64,000 bases of DNA from Paraspadella gotoi. Taxonomy: Eukaryota > Animalia > Chaetognatha. Position 1 is the stretch's first letter, and each line of letters starts with the position of its first letter. Location: positions 7,774,632-7,838,631 of the forward strand of contig CM119268.1 in assembly GCA_051294375.1 (NCBI GenBank), read 5' to 3'. The notes below the pieces were generated by a model that made no database searches, was not told where the DNA came from, and saw nothing but the letters and a program-made list of their open reading frames with translations. Both the position numbers and the translations under genes were made by a program. Positions 1 through 14,482 of the stretch are shown in pieces.

Positions 1-1161
1 TCCTTTGATCACATTCCGTTTTTTTTTATAGTTTTAGCAATTCCTGAAGGCGGCGCTAGCAGTCTCTTAGATTTGAGGTTTTTTCTGTCTAAACAAATGA
101 GCAACCAACAATAGGCAAATTATATGTATTTTTAACGCAAGTGGGACAGATATACCGACGAACCAACCGACAGACGGACCGACCAAAAGACTGACGGACC
201 GACCGAAAAGTGACTTATAGAGTTTCTCCGCGAGTTGATACTTAAGACATATATAGCTCCACCCTGTAGTTGAAACCTTCCAACGTTAATACACGGCGAA
301 CAGTCGTTGATGTACGCACGGACTAAACAGTAAACAAAACCGAATAGAAAACGAACTCTTTGAGAGCAGTGAGTGAAATCGAGGCGCAAACTGAACCGTA
401 ACGCAAATGGAACCGATGCGAAGAGCAATGAATGTGAAAATTGAATGGACTTCCAAGTGCAATTCTTGCAAAGTTGAAAGAAAGTGGAGTTAAATATACA
501 AAGGAGATATATATACATTTTTATACATAAAGTAAAGTAAAAAACAATTAACATTTAGCGAAATTTCGGCGAGAAAAGTCATTACAAAATTGTCACTAAT
601 ATGAAGACATCACTGGGTTTGGCATCTCGATAATCAATAGAATGTAGGTCGATAAGCAACTGTGAATAACGTAACGAGAAAAATCGCCATTTGCACAAAA
701 GAAAAAAAAAACAGTTAAAGAGATCTCAAAATTCTAATGGCCGTTTGCGCTGAGATGGTACGTATATTGTATAAGAAAAATATATACATATATATATATT
801 TTGTATAAGAAATATCACGATTGGCAACTTGGCAATAGATGAAGCTCAATGGGAGACGCAACGGAGAATAGGCATGCAGATTGCAGAAAGGAAAGAAGAT
901 GGAATGAAGTCTTGGCTGAAATGGCACTTAGCGCAGATTGACGCGTTGTAACTCAATATTTCTATTTTTACTATACGTACAGTATTAAAACTTAACGAAT
1001 GAATAATGGATAAATAATAGAAAAAGATAAACCAAAATTCTTTGTACGATAATAATTCGCAATTCGAAATTTTTAAAATAAATCAGTCCTGAGAATAAAT
1101 TTGAGAAAGTATAAATTAATTGAGTTCCGAACAACAAAAGTTACTTTCAAATTTAACTAAA

Positions 1162-1212
<51 letters not shown>

Positions 1213-1294
1213 CCTTCCTCTCTCTCTCTCTTTCTCTCTCTCTCTGTCTTTAATTAAACATTATCCTGTTTATACGGTCTCTCCTTCGCGCCTT

Positions 1295-1525
1295 TCATCT
1301 CTGATTTGCTGGTCGACGACAATGAGCATAAACAGTCAATAGAGGAGTTGAATCACGAACAGCAAGACTGAAAACAAAAAAGAAAACGAAGTGATTACAG
1401 CACAAAACGGTCTGACTGACCTCAAGGCTCTCTGGCATCTTGACTGCGAAAATGACCGCCATGTTGAACCCGACGACTCCAATTCTCAGGAGAGCGCTCG
1501 TGATAGTCGTTCTCGTATAAAGAGA
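1295..1525 (-). CDS. Possible terminal exon of another multi-pass membrane protein
   Basis: ccgatag|SLYTRTTITSALLRIGVVGFNMAVIFAVKMPESLEVSQTVLCCNHFVFFFVFSLAVRD...QR*; two hydrophobic stretches, no partner exons established. Confidence 0.25.
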   Translation of the reverse strand, partial: SLYTRTTITSALLRIGVVGFNMAVIFAVKMPESLEVSQTVLCCNHFVFFFVFSLAVRDSTPLLTVYAHCRRPANQR

Positions 1526-1619
1526 CTATCGGTGAGAAGCTCGATTAAAGGAAAAAGGATGAGAAATAATTCTCTCTCTCTCTCTCTCTCTCTCCCTCTC
1601 TCTCTCTCTCTCTTGTCTC

Positions 1620-1663
<44 letters not shown>

Positions 1664-1729
1664 CTGTCCTGTGTCTTCGTCTCAATCTCCCATCCTCTCG
1701 CCTCATTTGTTCCATGTGCCCTCCTACGT

Positions 1730-1829
<100 letters not shown>

Positions 1830-2453
1830 GGTGCCAAGTCGTGGTCTTTCCTCTACGATTCCCATCGTCGTCGTCGTCTTCGTCGTCGTCGTCGTCGTCA
1901 TCATCGTCGTCGTCGACTCGAGTTGTTATCATCCGGTTTCTTCTTCTCTTTCTTCTCTGATTTTTCACGACTCATTTTCGCTCGCGTCTCTTTTGTCTCT
2001 TTGCTGATCTTTTGTTTTTATTCATTGCTATTTTTTTGTGAGCCACATTTCATTTTTTTAAAAAATATTTTCCTAACGAAGAACTTTCTGAAGCCAAGTG
2101 ATCCACTGCTTGGAATTTTTAAGCTCTTTTACTGTCTTCTAATCAACATTAAGCTGTCATCAGTACTTAATTCCGACTCCATATTTTATGTGGCTGTACG
2201 AGTTAAAGACGCCTCACCACTCACCGACATCAGCCTCGTCTCAATAGCAGAGCGCGCCAAATCACTTACCCTCATTTGTGAGATTCGGGTCGAATCTCAG
2301 AGTATCTCAGTGAAATGAACACTTTGAACGGCTCCCGATATAAACGCGCCAGTGAGAGGAGACGGTCACTCATGGTCCATAGCCCAGTTGGTCAATTACC
2401 CAGCAGATCGGTTATCACAGGCAGTCCCACCGTTCGTGAACATTACTTCCTCA

Positions 2454-2502
<49 letters not shown>

Positions 2503-4340
2503 TAATCAATTGCTGGGGAATGAAAATCGTGGATTGTGTCAATTAATTTGTTAGCCGAGTAGACTGATAACAGCGGTATCCTGAATATTAAATATTTGTA
2601 ATTCGGAAGATTGCATTAGAGTTACTTTAATTAGGAGTCGACGTCGGGTGAAGTGAATTAGTCCGGTTTGGTAAAATTTTTATTTACACTAAAAATATAA
2701 GAGAATTCTAAAAGTTTTTAACCGGAAGTCAGATTTGGCGAAAATCTGTTATGGCGAAAATCTTCCATCAAAGGGTTAGATTTTTCGAATTTTTTTGTTA
2801 ATATTTTCTATATTCGTGATCCGATTTACATGAAACTTAAGATTAGGAATATTCCCATTATTGTATATCGGCCGGTATAAGAATATACCAAAAAAAACCT
2901 CCGCCTTTTTCCAAAATTCAGTCCTACTTTAATCGAGATCCGATTGTAGTGGATTAGTACATTTTTTTATAAGTACCGTTCGTGTTAAGGATCCACTAGG
3001 ATCTAGTTATAAATAGAAATTTTGGGTCCTGATTTGACGAAGGAGGGAGATGATCATGATTAAACTAAATTCTCCTTTTGATTCCATCACCCTTTATTAA
3101 AGGCTTTAACATCTCCATCTACTTCCCCCTTCCAATTTTCTCTAAAACTTTGCAAGACCTTTTCCCCTTTTCCCAACCTCTCTGTACTAGAGGCAATCAG
3201 TGAAAAAGGACTTTGCCCGAAAACCATTTTCAAAGACCCGGATGTGGCTCTCCCAATGATCGATCATTAAATCCGATTACTTATTGTCACTGATTAATGA
3301 CTTCGATCCTGTTACCTATTGAGACCGATTCATCTCTTAATCGATTTTTTTTTCCGCGTGACGGGAGCAGCTGCTCATAGTATGATCAAAGTCATGAGCG
3401 CTTTATATTCACTCCCCTGGTTTACCTTTCTTCTTTTTCCCCATTTTTTTTTCTTTCTCCTTTTCGCCTTCTTCCCACTTTGTTTTTCTTTTGGACTCTT
3501 CTTCTTCCCGTTTCCCCTCATTAAACCCGGTTGAGTTGTTAATCCAAGTGATTTTTAACTACAATACATTGTTTTTTTATTTCGTCTCACTTTCGTTCTT
3601 CCTCTGTTAATGTTTCCGTTTTCACTGATGTCTGAACTCGGGAATTTTTGTAATCACATTAAATATTTCCCAGCGACGACGAAAATATCTCAACGACCTT
3701 CGCGCGGCAACGAATGAACTATTCCGTAATCGTAGAAACGAAAATTAACTTATCAGCTATCATTAATCCATGACAGAATGTCACGGCAATATTTTCCAAC
3801 TTTCCCCGTCCCAGAAAATGACAAATAATGAAATTACCAAGAAACCGCTGCCTTTGCAACGAGCGCCACCAACGAACTGAAATACCCAGCGAAAAGTCAA
3901 CGACCGCCCATTCGCTCGTCCCCTACCCCCTTCCCTCCCCTTTCTCCACCTCCCTACAAACAAAAGGCAACGCCCGACAAGCCTCCGACCGACTTTGGGA
4001 CCGACAGAAGCACGCATTTCTCTCTCCCCCCCTCACCATCCCCCTCATCGCTCTCCGCTTTCACTCGAATCTCGAGAATGGAACCGCGAATAAATCTCGT
4101 TCCCAGAGTTCCGTCGAGTTTATGGGGCGGCCGACGATCCGAGTGGGTCGCGGCCGACAATCGGGGTTGTCGGTTCGCCGCCGCCGTCACGAGTCACCAT
4201 CCAACTCAGATACTATCACGTTTTCGTTGATGGCTTCTCTCTCTTCCTCCTCTTCCTCCTCCCCCCCGGGGCGTGAGTCATCATCTTCCTCTTGTCTTTC
4301 TCGATCGAATTCTTGAGCTGTCGAATTCCATATCAATCTC

Positions 4341-4457
<117 letters not shown>

Positions 4458-4569
4458 CTCTCGTCCACTGGATTGCTCGTTTTTCTTCCAATTTATTTTC
4501 ACCCAGCTTTCAATCGGAATAATTCTTTGTTTCATTTATCCTTAGTCATCCTTCTTTTTAATTCCGTAC

Positions 4570-5075
4570 CTTCGATCGATCGATCCTCCCATCAATCGAT
4601 CCTGCCCTCATTCCCATCAATCCATCCATCCGTCTTTTCCATAAATCAAATGTCCCATCCTTCCAGCTTTCATATGAATCGATCCTCCCATCAATCGATC
4701 CTCTCCTTTCTTTCATCAATCCATCCAACCATTTTCCCATTAATCAATCCTCCCGTCAATCTATCCTCCCAGCAATCGATTCTCTCTTCTCTTCAGTCAA
4801 TCAATCCCTCCAACTTTCCCATCAATCGATCCTTCCATAAATCTATTCATCTATCAATCGATCCTCCCCTCTTTCCCATCTATTCATCCATCCATCAATC
4901 GATCCTCCCAGCAATCAATCCTCCCTTCTCTCCCATCAATCAATCCCTCTAACTTTCCCATCAATCAATTCTCCCATCAAGCTATCCATCCATCAATCGA
5001 TCCTCCCCTCTTTCCCATCAATTTATCCCTCCGTCTTTCCCATCAATCGATCCTCTCCTATCTCCAATCAATCTT
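4570..5075 (+). repeat. Degenerate minisatellite built on cccatcaatcgatcctccc
   Basis: Motif recurs more than ten times with variation. Confidence 0.85.
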
Positions 5076-5605
5076 TCCTCTCTCCCCATTCCTCATCCTC
5101 CCACGAGCGCCCATCCCCGACGAGCGCTCATCCGCGTCTTAATAATTCATAGAACCATCAATCCACCGCCAGACCGGAAGTGATAGACGCCGTGGGACCA
5201 CGCCCACTTATGATGCATTCGAACCATGTCGATAAAGAGAAGAGAGAGAGAGAGTAGTTGCAATATGATATGTGATATATTTTGTCTACGCAAAAAAAAG
5301 AGAGAAAGAGAGAAGAAGAGAGAGAAACAGAGAGAGAGGGACAAAGGGAAAGCTTTCGAATAGTAGAATAGTAATAGTACTACTACATAGTTGACCCATC
5401 AATCGTTGGCATCTATTTCACGCTTACGATTTCGATCAAGATCAGAAATAACTGCTCAGCGCTCAATCTTAGTCGATCTCTATTTTATTTATTCTTACCA
5501 AAAAAAAATCAATCACGTGATCCGAAACTCGAACATAAAAAATAATCATGGGCGATGACGTCATAAACTCAAGAAGTCTCTCTTGACTCAATCGTCGGAA
5601 TCAGA

Positions 5606-5668
<63 letters not shown>

Positions 5669-6141
5669 TGAGCTGAAAAAAATCTTGAGTCGTTGAGGAA
5701 GAAACAAAGAGGAAGAATAATGGATGAAGAGAATAAAAAAAATGAGGAATGGAGAAGAAACAAATAAAATAAAAAAGGAAAAAAGAAAAGAGTCACGGAT
5801 GATTTGATTCTGATTATTATGCGACTTTTCTTCAAGATGATCGTCGAACTCGAGCAAGGAATCGTCGTCGTCGTCGTTGTTGTTGTTGTTGTCCTTGGTG
5901 TCGTTAGAACGATACCTCGATTGCAAACAGATTGATAAAAAATAGCGGTGGTTTAAAAGAATAATAAAAAAAAAAGTAAGTATAAATTAGGTTAACTGAA
6001 AAGTCGCTATACTTGCAGCAACCAAAGAGCAGTTACTGCAGTAAGTTTTAAAAAAAAATTACAAGAAGAAAAAAGGAAAAAAAAAGGTTTCCAAAGGCGA
6101 CTCGACACGAGTCAACGAACCATTCGTTCTGATTGAGACAA

Positions 6142-6222
<81 letters not shown>

Positions 6223-6751
6223 AAGCCGTTGGTTACAATCCGCAATATGGACTCCGCAATAACTTGACTCTGAAACTACTTTTCGCGAAAATTAAAAATG
6301 ATTACCGTAGAACAAGAATGTTCTTCTCTTTCTCCAACAATTAAATCGGCGATTCCCTTGGGGATTAATAAAAAAAAAATTAATACACTGAAAAGCAAGA
6401 AACTCGAAATGACAATTTTGAGTTTCGCCAAAAATATTTAAAAAATAATAACAGAACGAGGGAATCACAATGATGCAAAAGACAAACGGAAGATCAAAAG
6501 TAGTTTGAATTGTAAAAGATGACGTTGAGAAAATTGATATTAAATCCGTAGAAATGTAAATAGATTGTCGGAGATTAATCGCGCAAGGTTTCGAGAACGT
6601 GACTACGAGGGGGAATTTTGATTTTAAGTTATCCTGTGTCACAAGTTGTGGAGAAAAGTTCAGATTTTCAGCGGACTCGAAAAGAAACTGCGACAGATAA
6701 TGCCAGTCAATAAAGAAGACAAAGCCCTCCGGGCAGAGAAATCCTTATCTC

Positions 6752-6806
<55 letters not shown>

Positions 6807-7267
6807 AAAAAGAGCAACTCGGACGACGATGACAGTTATAAAGGGGAACAGCAAAGACGAAGCCCGTTAAACAACGCCCCCCTCTTTGTCCGCCACGCGC
6901 CCCCTTACGAAGAGACGCAACGACACAAAGCGAAGTCTCGGCCAAGAAGCAGCGGTGGCGGGTGCGTCGGCGGAAGGAAGGCGTCAACTACCCTCTCTCC
7001 CGTCGGTCCAGAGTTTGAAGGAGGTTTTGCATTCCCACCAAGCAAAAATCTTAATCTCATTCCCAAGAGAGGTCCGATGCTTGACGAGGGAGTTACTTTT
7101 ACAATTTACATTAAAGGTAACCAAAAAAATGCTTTCACCCATCCTTCGCCGAGCAAAAAAAGCCCCTCTCCCCAATGACGCCAAGCGAAACCCCCGGACC
7201 AAGCTTTCCCTCCCGCAGCGCCGAGCCATCGCGCCTCCCGATCCCATCCCTCCGCCGTCCAACTCAG

Positions 7268-7346
<79 letters not shown>

Positions 7347-9446
7347 CGAAAGAGCCGTCCCCGGAGGCGGAGAGCAAAACTTCATAAAAAGACGAAGGAT
7401 GACATTTGAGACGAAGACTTATTAGATCTTCCTGGATATATTGCGGAAAGGAGGACGTTAAGAGGGGTGAGGGGGGGGGGAGGAAGAGAGAGGAGGGAGG
7501 CAGGGGGGTGGTGGTGGAGAGAAAGTTTTAAAAGGGGGAGGGGCGAAGAGAACCAAGAGAGAGAAACTGAGGGAGATAAGAGAAGAAAAAAATCGAAAAG
7601 TGTGGACAAGTTTAGGGAGAGACTACGATTGAAAGCGAGGAAAGGAAAGAGAAAAAGAAGAAAAGAGAAAGGATAAAAGGAGAAAAGGATAAAAAAATAA
7701 AATGAGAAAAAGGAGATTAAAAAAAAAATGGCTGGTAAGGAAATTGCCATGGGGAAGGGGACGACGAGACGATGGGTTCAAACGGAGAAGCGAGAAAATA
7801 AAAAAATACAGGATTTGAGGAAACAAAAAGACGGAAATTACAGTTTAAGCTCTAAATAATATAACTACATAAGGGTTTTTTTTTTATTATTAAGAGGAAA
7901 GGTCATTCAGCATAACAATACGTAATCATTGAGTGTTAGAGCTAATATATCGAGAAATACATTATAGTCATCAGTAATCACAAAAAAATAAGTTTCTTAT
8001 TTATATGTAAACATTCCGTTTCATAATTTTTTTTAAATGGGTAAATAACAAAAATTGTTAAGTTAAATGGGTAAAGCACATTTTTTAAAGATTTGTTTTT
8101 CAATCTGGTTGTTAAAAAATTCTAGGTAAGAAGTTAAAAACATGGTATGGGATAGTTTAAAAGGGGATAATTAAACAATTAATCTCGTTACTCTGTTGGT
8201 TTTCCAGTCATGAACAAAATCTTCAGTTAAATAGATGTTAAAGAAATTTGAGCTACAATGAATCTACACTGAATTTGAAGAGTTGCAGCCTAAACGACTG
8301 CAATAATATTGAATTAAAATTTGATTAGCAATCTTAAAAACATTTGTAAAAATGTAATAGAGAGACATTTTGATAAACGAGATCCAGTTAGAAAGAATTC
8401 AGGGTTAAAGTTTAAAACCGTTTCATTTTCAAGGATACAAGTTGAAATTTAAAAATGTCTCTCTATTACATTTTTCTAATTCAGTAACAAAAAAATTCAT
8501 AAAAAATATCAGATGGATTGGCCTTTTCGTTTGACCTGCAACTCTTCAGATAGGTTTCTTTTATTTTATATTATAATTAAAACCGATTAAATGGGGTAGA
8601 ATGCATCAAATGCTTAAAGTGAATACATTTCGGAATCGCCAGGAGCTCAGCTTTCTGAATTTCTACTCCATTTTAGCCTATTTTGAAGTTGAATTGAATG
8701 ACCCTTTTTCTTAAGAAGAAAAAACCTCAGCTTTTATTGAAATAACAAAATAGACGAAAAAAAAATCCAAAAAAAAATCTGAGATTAAATCTCGAATCAC
8801 GGTAGAGTTTAATATTTAATACACTTTTGTCGCCTCGAGCGAGAAAGAGGAGAAGGTGTTTTGAAAGGAGGCCAAGTTTTTGTTAATCACTTAATATTTT
8901 GAAAGAAAACAAGGAACCTTTTCGTCTGAAGGCGATGGGAGGAGCGAAAGCAAAGATTGATTGAAGGCCAGAAATATGAGACCAGTTAATGAGATTTGAA
9001 GAAGTGGTCATAATCGTAAAGAAATATTTTTTAAATAATTGAATACGATTCAAATAATATTATCAAGTTTCAATTCATCTCTGTCACAAGCATCGCTTCA
9101 ATCTGGTGTCACAAACTGAATGAAAAATCCCCCAGAGACGTTCCTAGATTCACCTTTATTTCAGAATCTAAAGAGTCATTAAAATTCATGACTAAATCTT
9201 TTTATGGCTAATTTCCTCGTTTCTCGGTTTGACTTCCGACGATCGTTGAGACAATACGCCTAATCCCCAAACAGTATTTCATCCCATTTCTCTCGCGAAG
9301 GGAAAAGTTACCCTTTTTCAGTCGAGACGATCCCCTTCTTCCCGTTATTGGTCCCTCCCCGCCCATCGCTCGGATTGGCCGAACCACAACCAGGGCTCTC
9401 ATTGGCCAAACGCCACCATCCGCTCCGATCGGTCAATAGCGATCAT

Positions 9447-12400
9447 TCATTCGTCCGGGCTGGACATGTAGAAGTGACGCGTGATGTAGCGCTCCACCCA
9501 ATCAGAATCTTCGCGCAGAGGAGGAACCGATACGTTTTTCTGGAAGAGGGAATTGTAATATTGTAATGTTGCATATAATGGACTATAGAGTGATGTGAAA
9601 ATGAGAAAAATTTAGAAAATTAAAATTTAGATATAAAACATGAACGTAAAAACTTTTAAAAATACTTTGGTAAATTTATTTTTTAATTTTATATATTAGA
9701 GGGCACCAGTGAGCTATATTTATATATAGTAATAAGAATATAATAGGCTAAAATTTTAAAATACAATTTTTTTAATTTTAAGATCGGATTTGGATTCCTT
9801 ACAAAAAGTCTATATAAGAAAGTATAATTCTTTTTGAAAAATTATTTCATTAAGATGGTCAAAAATATAAAAAACTATATTTAAGATGCCGATTTTCAAT
9901 TTCCAGCTTAAAAATATGTTTCTTTTGGAATTATAACCTACTTAATGACATAATTTTTGAAAAAGTTTTTTATTTTCTTTTTTCAACTTTGAACGAGGAA
10001 TCTGAATCTGTTCTCAGAATTAAAAAAACTATTTTGAAATTTTGACATTATATAAGGGTAGTACTATATTCAAAAATAACTACATATTAGTATTCACTAA
10101 TATGATAGTTTTCAAGATAGAACTGCTAAATTTTGATTCCAAACTTTCACTTCACCCTATTGGACAATTTACAGTTTAAGTCTCGGGTCAGTCCGACACC
10201 CATCTGACTCACCGACACCCTCGCGTTGTGGCTGACGTTGAACGTCTTTTGTTCTTTGCTCTGGAAGTATCCGTGGAGGGCGATGAGCATCATGATGAGC
10301 GACGCCGTCGGCATGAAGTAGAATCTGGAAGGACGATTCGTCTTTTGTTTACTTTCAACCTTTTCGAGCCTTTTTGGTTTACGCCAGCCTCGGTTTCGAT
10401 GTTTAGGTTTACTTTCTTCGGGGTTTATCGCTAGTTTTCTTCTTTTTTTTCCGTTACGCTCGCGTAAACCCGCTGTTACTCTTATCGTCTTTTACGATTG
10501 TCTCAAGGAATCGGTTTGTGGCCGGGGGAGAGAAAGAAAAATGCGCGCTTTCGTTCGAAAGGCAAAGTTTATTTTCGGAAGGAAAAAAAGGAAATTGTTT
10601 ACTCTATCGTAAACGAACGTGTTTGCTTTGCGAGGTTTCCCAACAAAGAATATTCCCAAGGTTTCGAACTTTGAACTTTGAACTCTCATCTGTAGAAAAC
10701 TCTCACCTGCGAAAATGATCTCCCATCTGTAGGAAACACTCGCAGAAGCAGACGATGAGTCGCATCAGCGGGAACCAGATGAAGAAATATCTGTAAAAAA
10801 AAAAATTAAAAAAAGGAAAATGCGAGCAAGGATAATCCGCGACAAAATATGTGCGGGGAAAAAAGAAGAAGCGATAAAAAAGTAGGCGATCAAAGACGCG
10901 ATAAAAAACGCGCGATAAAAGACGCGATAAAAAACGCGCCGATGATAAAACGGGGGAATTTCGGACAGAGTCGACTTTGATAACGAGGATGAGTGGAAGA
11001 TGGAAATTTGTTTCTATTTTTAGATCAGATTCCATTGTTTCGTCTCTCGGTCTCTTTGAATTTGACTAGATTGCTTCTACGTTTGACTTCGGATCCATGA
11101 ATTAACTTAACTTTTAATTATCAAAAACTTCATTCAATTTTTGTTAATTTTATTCATTTTTTGAGTCTCGTTAATTATTTAAAATTTAACCGCGAGCTTT
11201 AATTATTTCTCATTTAAACCACAAATTTGTCTTTTTTTCTTTAATTTATTTATCTTTTTTTTTACTTTAATCTACTCTCAGTGAAAGAAATGATTTTTTT
11301 CACGAGACTTAATTCACGAAGTCGATCATCGTATCAGACTCAATTTTCGAGGATTCGAAAATGACGTTTATGACTTTCGTTGTTGTTGTTGTAGTTATTT
11401 GCCTAACGCTCACGACTCACGGGTCAAAGGTCGAGTTTCAATGATCACGAAAAATGTCTTTTTTTTAAGGGAAGAGGCAAAAAGATTTAAGTCGATTTCA
11501 AACCAAAGATGACGCGCAATTCATTCATTCATTCATTCATTCATTCATTCATTCATTCATTCATTCATTCATTCATTCATTCATTCATCTCACACTCTTT
11601 ACCCAAAAATGCATAGCAGAACCCTGATGGATGAATGGATCATGAATCTTTGCTTTTCGTATTTGGCAAGAGCTTTTGGCCACATCAGCTTCATGCAACG
11701 CACCTTCTGCAAATTAATTCATGGTTTTTGAAATAGTAGTTATGGTATGTATTATCTCTTTCAATTCGTTTACAACAACGATAAAATATTTTTACATGGA
11801 AACGGACATGTTTCGACTTATTGTGAGCCTTCGTCATCGCTAAACAAGTTGTGACAATAACGAAGCAAATGTCATATCTTTCTCGTTAAAAAGAGTCAGA
11901 AAATCTTTTCTCCTTTGATTTTTTTCTTCGTTTCTCTTCCCTTTTTGTTTTTCGAATTGTTATTTTGTTTTGCATTCTCGTTTTGCTGGCATCTCCAAGA
12001 CTCCAACTGACCTGAGCCATGAGAATGCAGAAAATGGTGGTCGCGAACGGCGTCGACATCATGATCGGCTGCTCGTACAAAAACCCCATCTATCGGCCGG
12101 ACGCGTAGACGAATAAAAAAAAATTGAAACAAAAGAGGGAGCGACATGTTAACACGTTTTTTTTTTCCGTTTTAATAAACTGTGGAGGCTTTATCCGCCT
12201 ACCGTATCGTCGCCCCCCATCTTTGCTGCTCCTTTGTTTCCGCTCGCTCTATGTTTAAGTCTTTGCCTCTTTGTGTTTTATATTCCCCCTCGCTCTCCCT
12301 GACGCTCCTTTGCTTTTTGTCCTGGTTAATCCTTTGTTCCTCCGCTAAACGGCGCTTGATGAGTAGAGCCAAAAAAAAAAAGAAAGACGCGGGAAAAAGC

Positions 12401-12716
12401 GGAGGAAAAAAGCGAGAAAAAGCGAATAGTGAATCGATTTCGCGGTAAACATGAAAAGTAATTGGCGGAAATTTCGACAAATTTTATTCTTTGGAGATTT
12501 GACGTCAAGGATCGAGAGAGAGAGAGCGAATTTTTGAATTTGAATTTATTCAATGGGGCTGTAGGCACAAAATAAAACAATAAGCCATAAAAAGCTACTT
12601 CATTACATTTAAGTCTACAAATTTAGGCATTCATCATGAAATCTTTCCAATTTACAATTTATGCATGTATTTTCCCTTTGTAAGTAAGAGAGAGTGAGAG
12701 AGAGAAAAGAGAGAAG

Positions 12717-12747
<31 letters not shown>

Positions 12748-13094
12748 GAGAGAGAGAGGAGAAAGAGAGAGAGAGAGGAGAGAGTTGAGAGAGAGAGAGA
12801 GAGAGAGAAAAGTTTTGTGTTTTTTAGAACGTAGAGGGGAAAAAGAGAGTTAAAAACAAAAAAAACGAAACAAAATTAAGAAAACTATTTAGTACTAAAA
12901 TAATAAACGAAAGATTCTTTTCATTCGTCAAAGACAAGAGGTCTTTCTCCCCAATTGAAAATTCGTCTTTCTATGATCTAAATTCTAATTCACTGCTGTG
13001 CAAAATCTCTATCCTTACCTTTTTGAATAAAACTCACCAACGAAAAGGAAAAACTCACCCACTGAAGCAGCGACCGGGAGATCGGAACGGGCAA
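9447..13094 (-). CDS. 3' half of a divergent 7TM/GPCR-like gene (TM5-TM7 and C-tail); exons 13094-13059, 12089-12012, 11706-11603, 10790-10707, 10324-10213, 9539-9447; 5' exons not resolved
   Basis: Six phase-compatible GT-AG exons give LPVPISRSLLQW-MGFLYEQPIMMSTPFATTIFCILMAQ-KVRCMKLMWPKALAKYEKQRFMIHSSIRVLLCIFG-YFFIWFPLMRLIVCFCECFLQMGDHFRR-FYFMPTASLIMMLIALHGYFQSKEQKTFNVSHNARVS-KNVSVPPLREDSDWVERYITRHFYMSSPDE*; three hydrophobic segments, basic loop, FxxWxP motif. Confidence 0.68.
11519..11588 (+). repeat. (ATTC)n microsatellite
   Basis: Direct inspection. Confidence 0.95.
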
Positions 13095-13129
13095 CTGATG
13101 ATTTAGTGCTCAGAGGGAGAGAGAGAGAA

Positions 13130-13225
<96 letters not shown>

Positions 13226-13328
13226 GAGACTATCAAGGGGAGAATATTTGGGAGACGTGCGTTGCATTTTGTTGCATTAGCGGTTTGGAATTTTCGCTGC
13301 CTGCCGCAGGAATAGGGTTTTGGTTTCC

Positions 13329-13406
<78 letters not shown>

Positions 13407-13716
13407 TCACACCTTCCCCTTTTCACCACTCATCGCCTGTTTCTCGTATGAATTATTCTTTCCACCGGCGCTCTCTTATCTAAACGACATTTAACGCGTC
13501 CCGCCTCGGTCCCTGGAAGAATAACTCAAAAAGGCAAAAAAAAAGAAGGATATGAAACGGGGGGGGGGAAACTGAAAAAAAAAAGCAGCGCGTTAAAATG
13601 AAATGAATGAATAAATGAGGGTGTAAAGGAATTTAAGGCCCTCCTAACAGAGGTGACAGAAGAGGGCGTGTTGGCCAACAGTGGATGGTATTGGTTAAAA
13701 TAGTTTGGTTAAAATC

Positions 13717-13900
13717 AGCTCGTCCCATTGGCTTGGACAGCTAAGTACGTACTCGTTCACCAACCGTGAGTTCCGGGTTCAATACCCTCACGGTCACGCT
13801 GTTTAAAGTGTGATGGTGTTGGCATAAACACGCAAGTTACATGGGGTGGTCACTGCAGGTCCAAAGACTTAAGCGCCAGCTGTCCTGAGATGCCTCACAC
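13717..13900 (+). mobile_element. tRNA-derived SINE-like element (duplicate at about 26755-26940)
   Basis: A-box-like tggcttggacagctaag and B-box-like gggttcaatacc at about 13775; boundaries approximate. Confidence 0.4.
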
Positions 13901-14395
13901 CCAAGGCATCACAAATTTCCCCCCGTTGCCATAGTATCTTATTTTGGAAAAACATTTTGGGGTTGGAGACAGGCAGGTTTGTCAACAGTTAATGGAGGAA
14001 TTGCGCGGTTTTTTTTTCTTTGCGATGAAACGATAAAGTTCATAGAGTTAGAGGGGATATAAAATTAGTTCTTAACAATTTTGAAAACATAAATTCTCTC
14101 TCTGCTTTTCCTAATCTTTAGTTCATAAATCAACCTAGATTTTCAACCGATATAATCCTTGCGACCGATGGTGCAAAGCTTGTCGATATTCGGGATAACT
14201 TCACCACCATAAACAAATTTCATCGGTCGAAAAGGCTTTTGGAGCGATTACTATCTGGTCCAGGCTATTTTACCCAATCAGAAAGAGAGATCGTCAGCCA
14301 ATCAGAACCGCTTGACCTACTTTTTTTTCAAAGATGGCCGACGTGCATCTGCGGGACGGACAGAGGACGAACGGAGGTCACTCAATGTATGTGTG

Positions 14396-14482
<87 letters not shown>

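Noticed and set aside
13717-13800. Functional tRNA gene
   Set aside because: Only A/B-box-like motifs; no convincing cloverleaf or anticodon, and it continues into SINE-like body sequence
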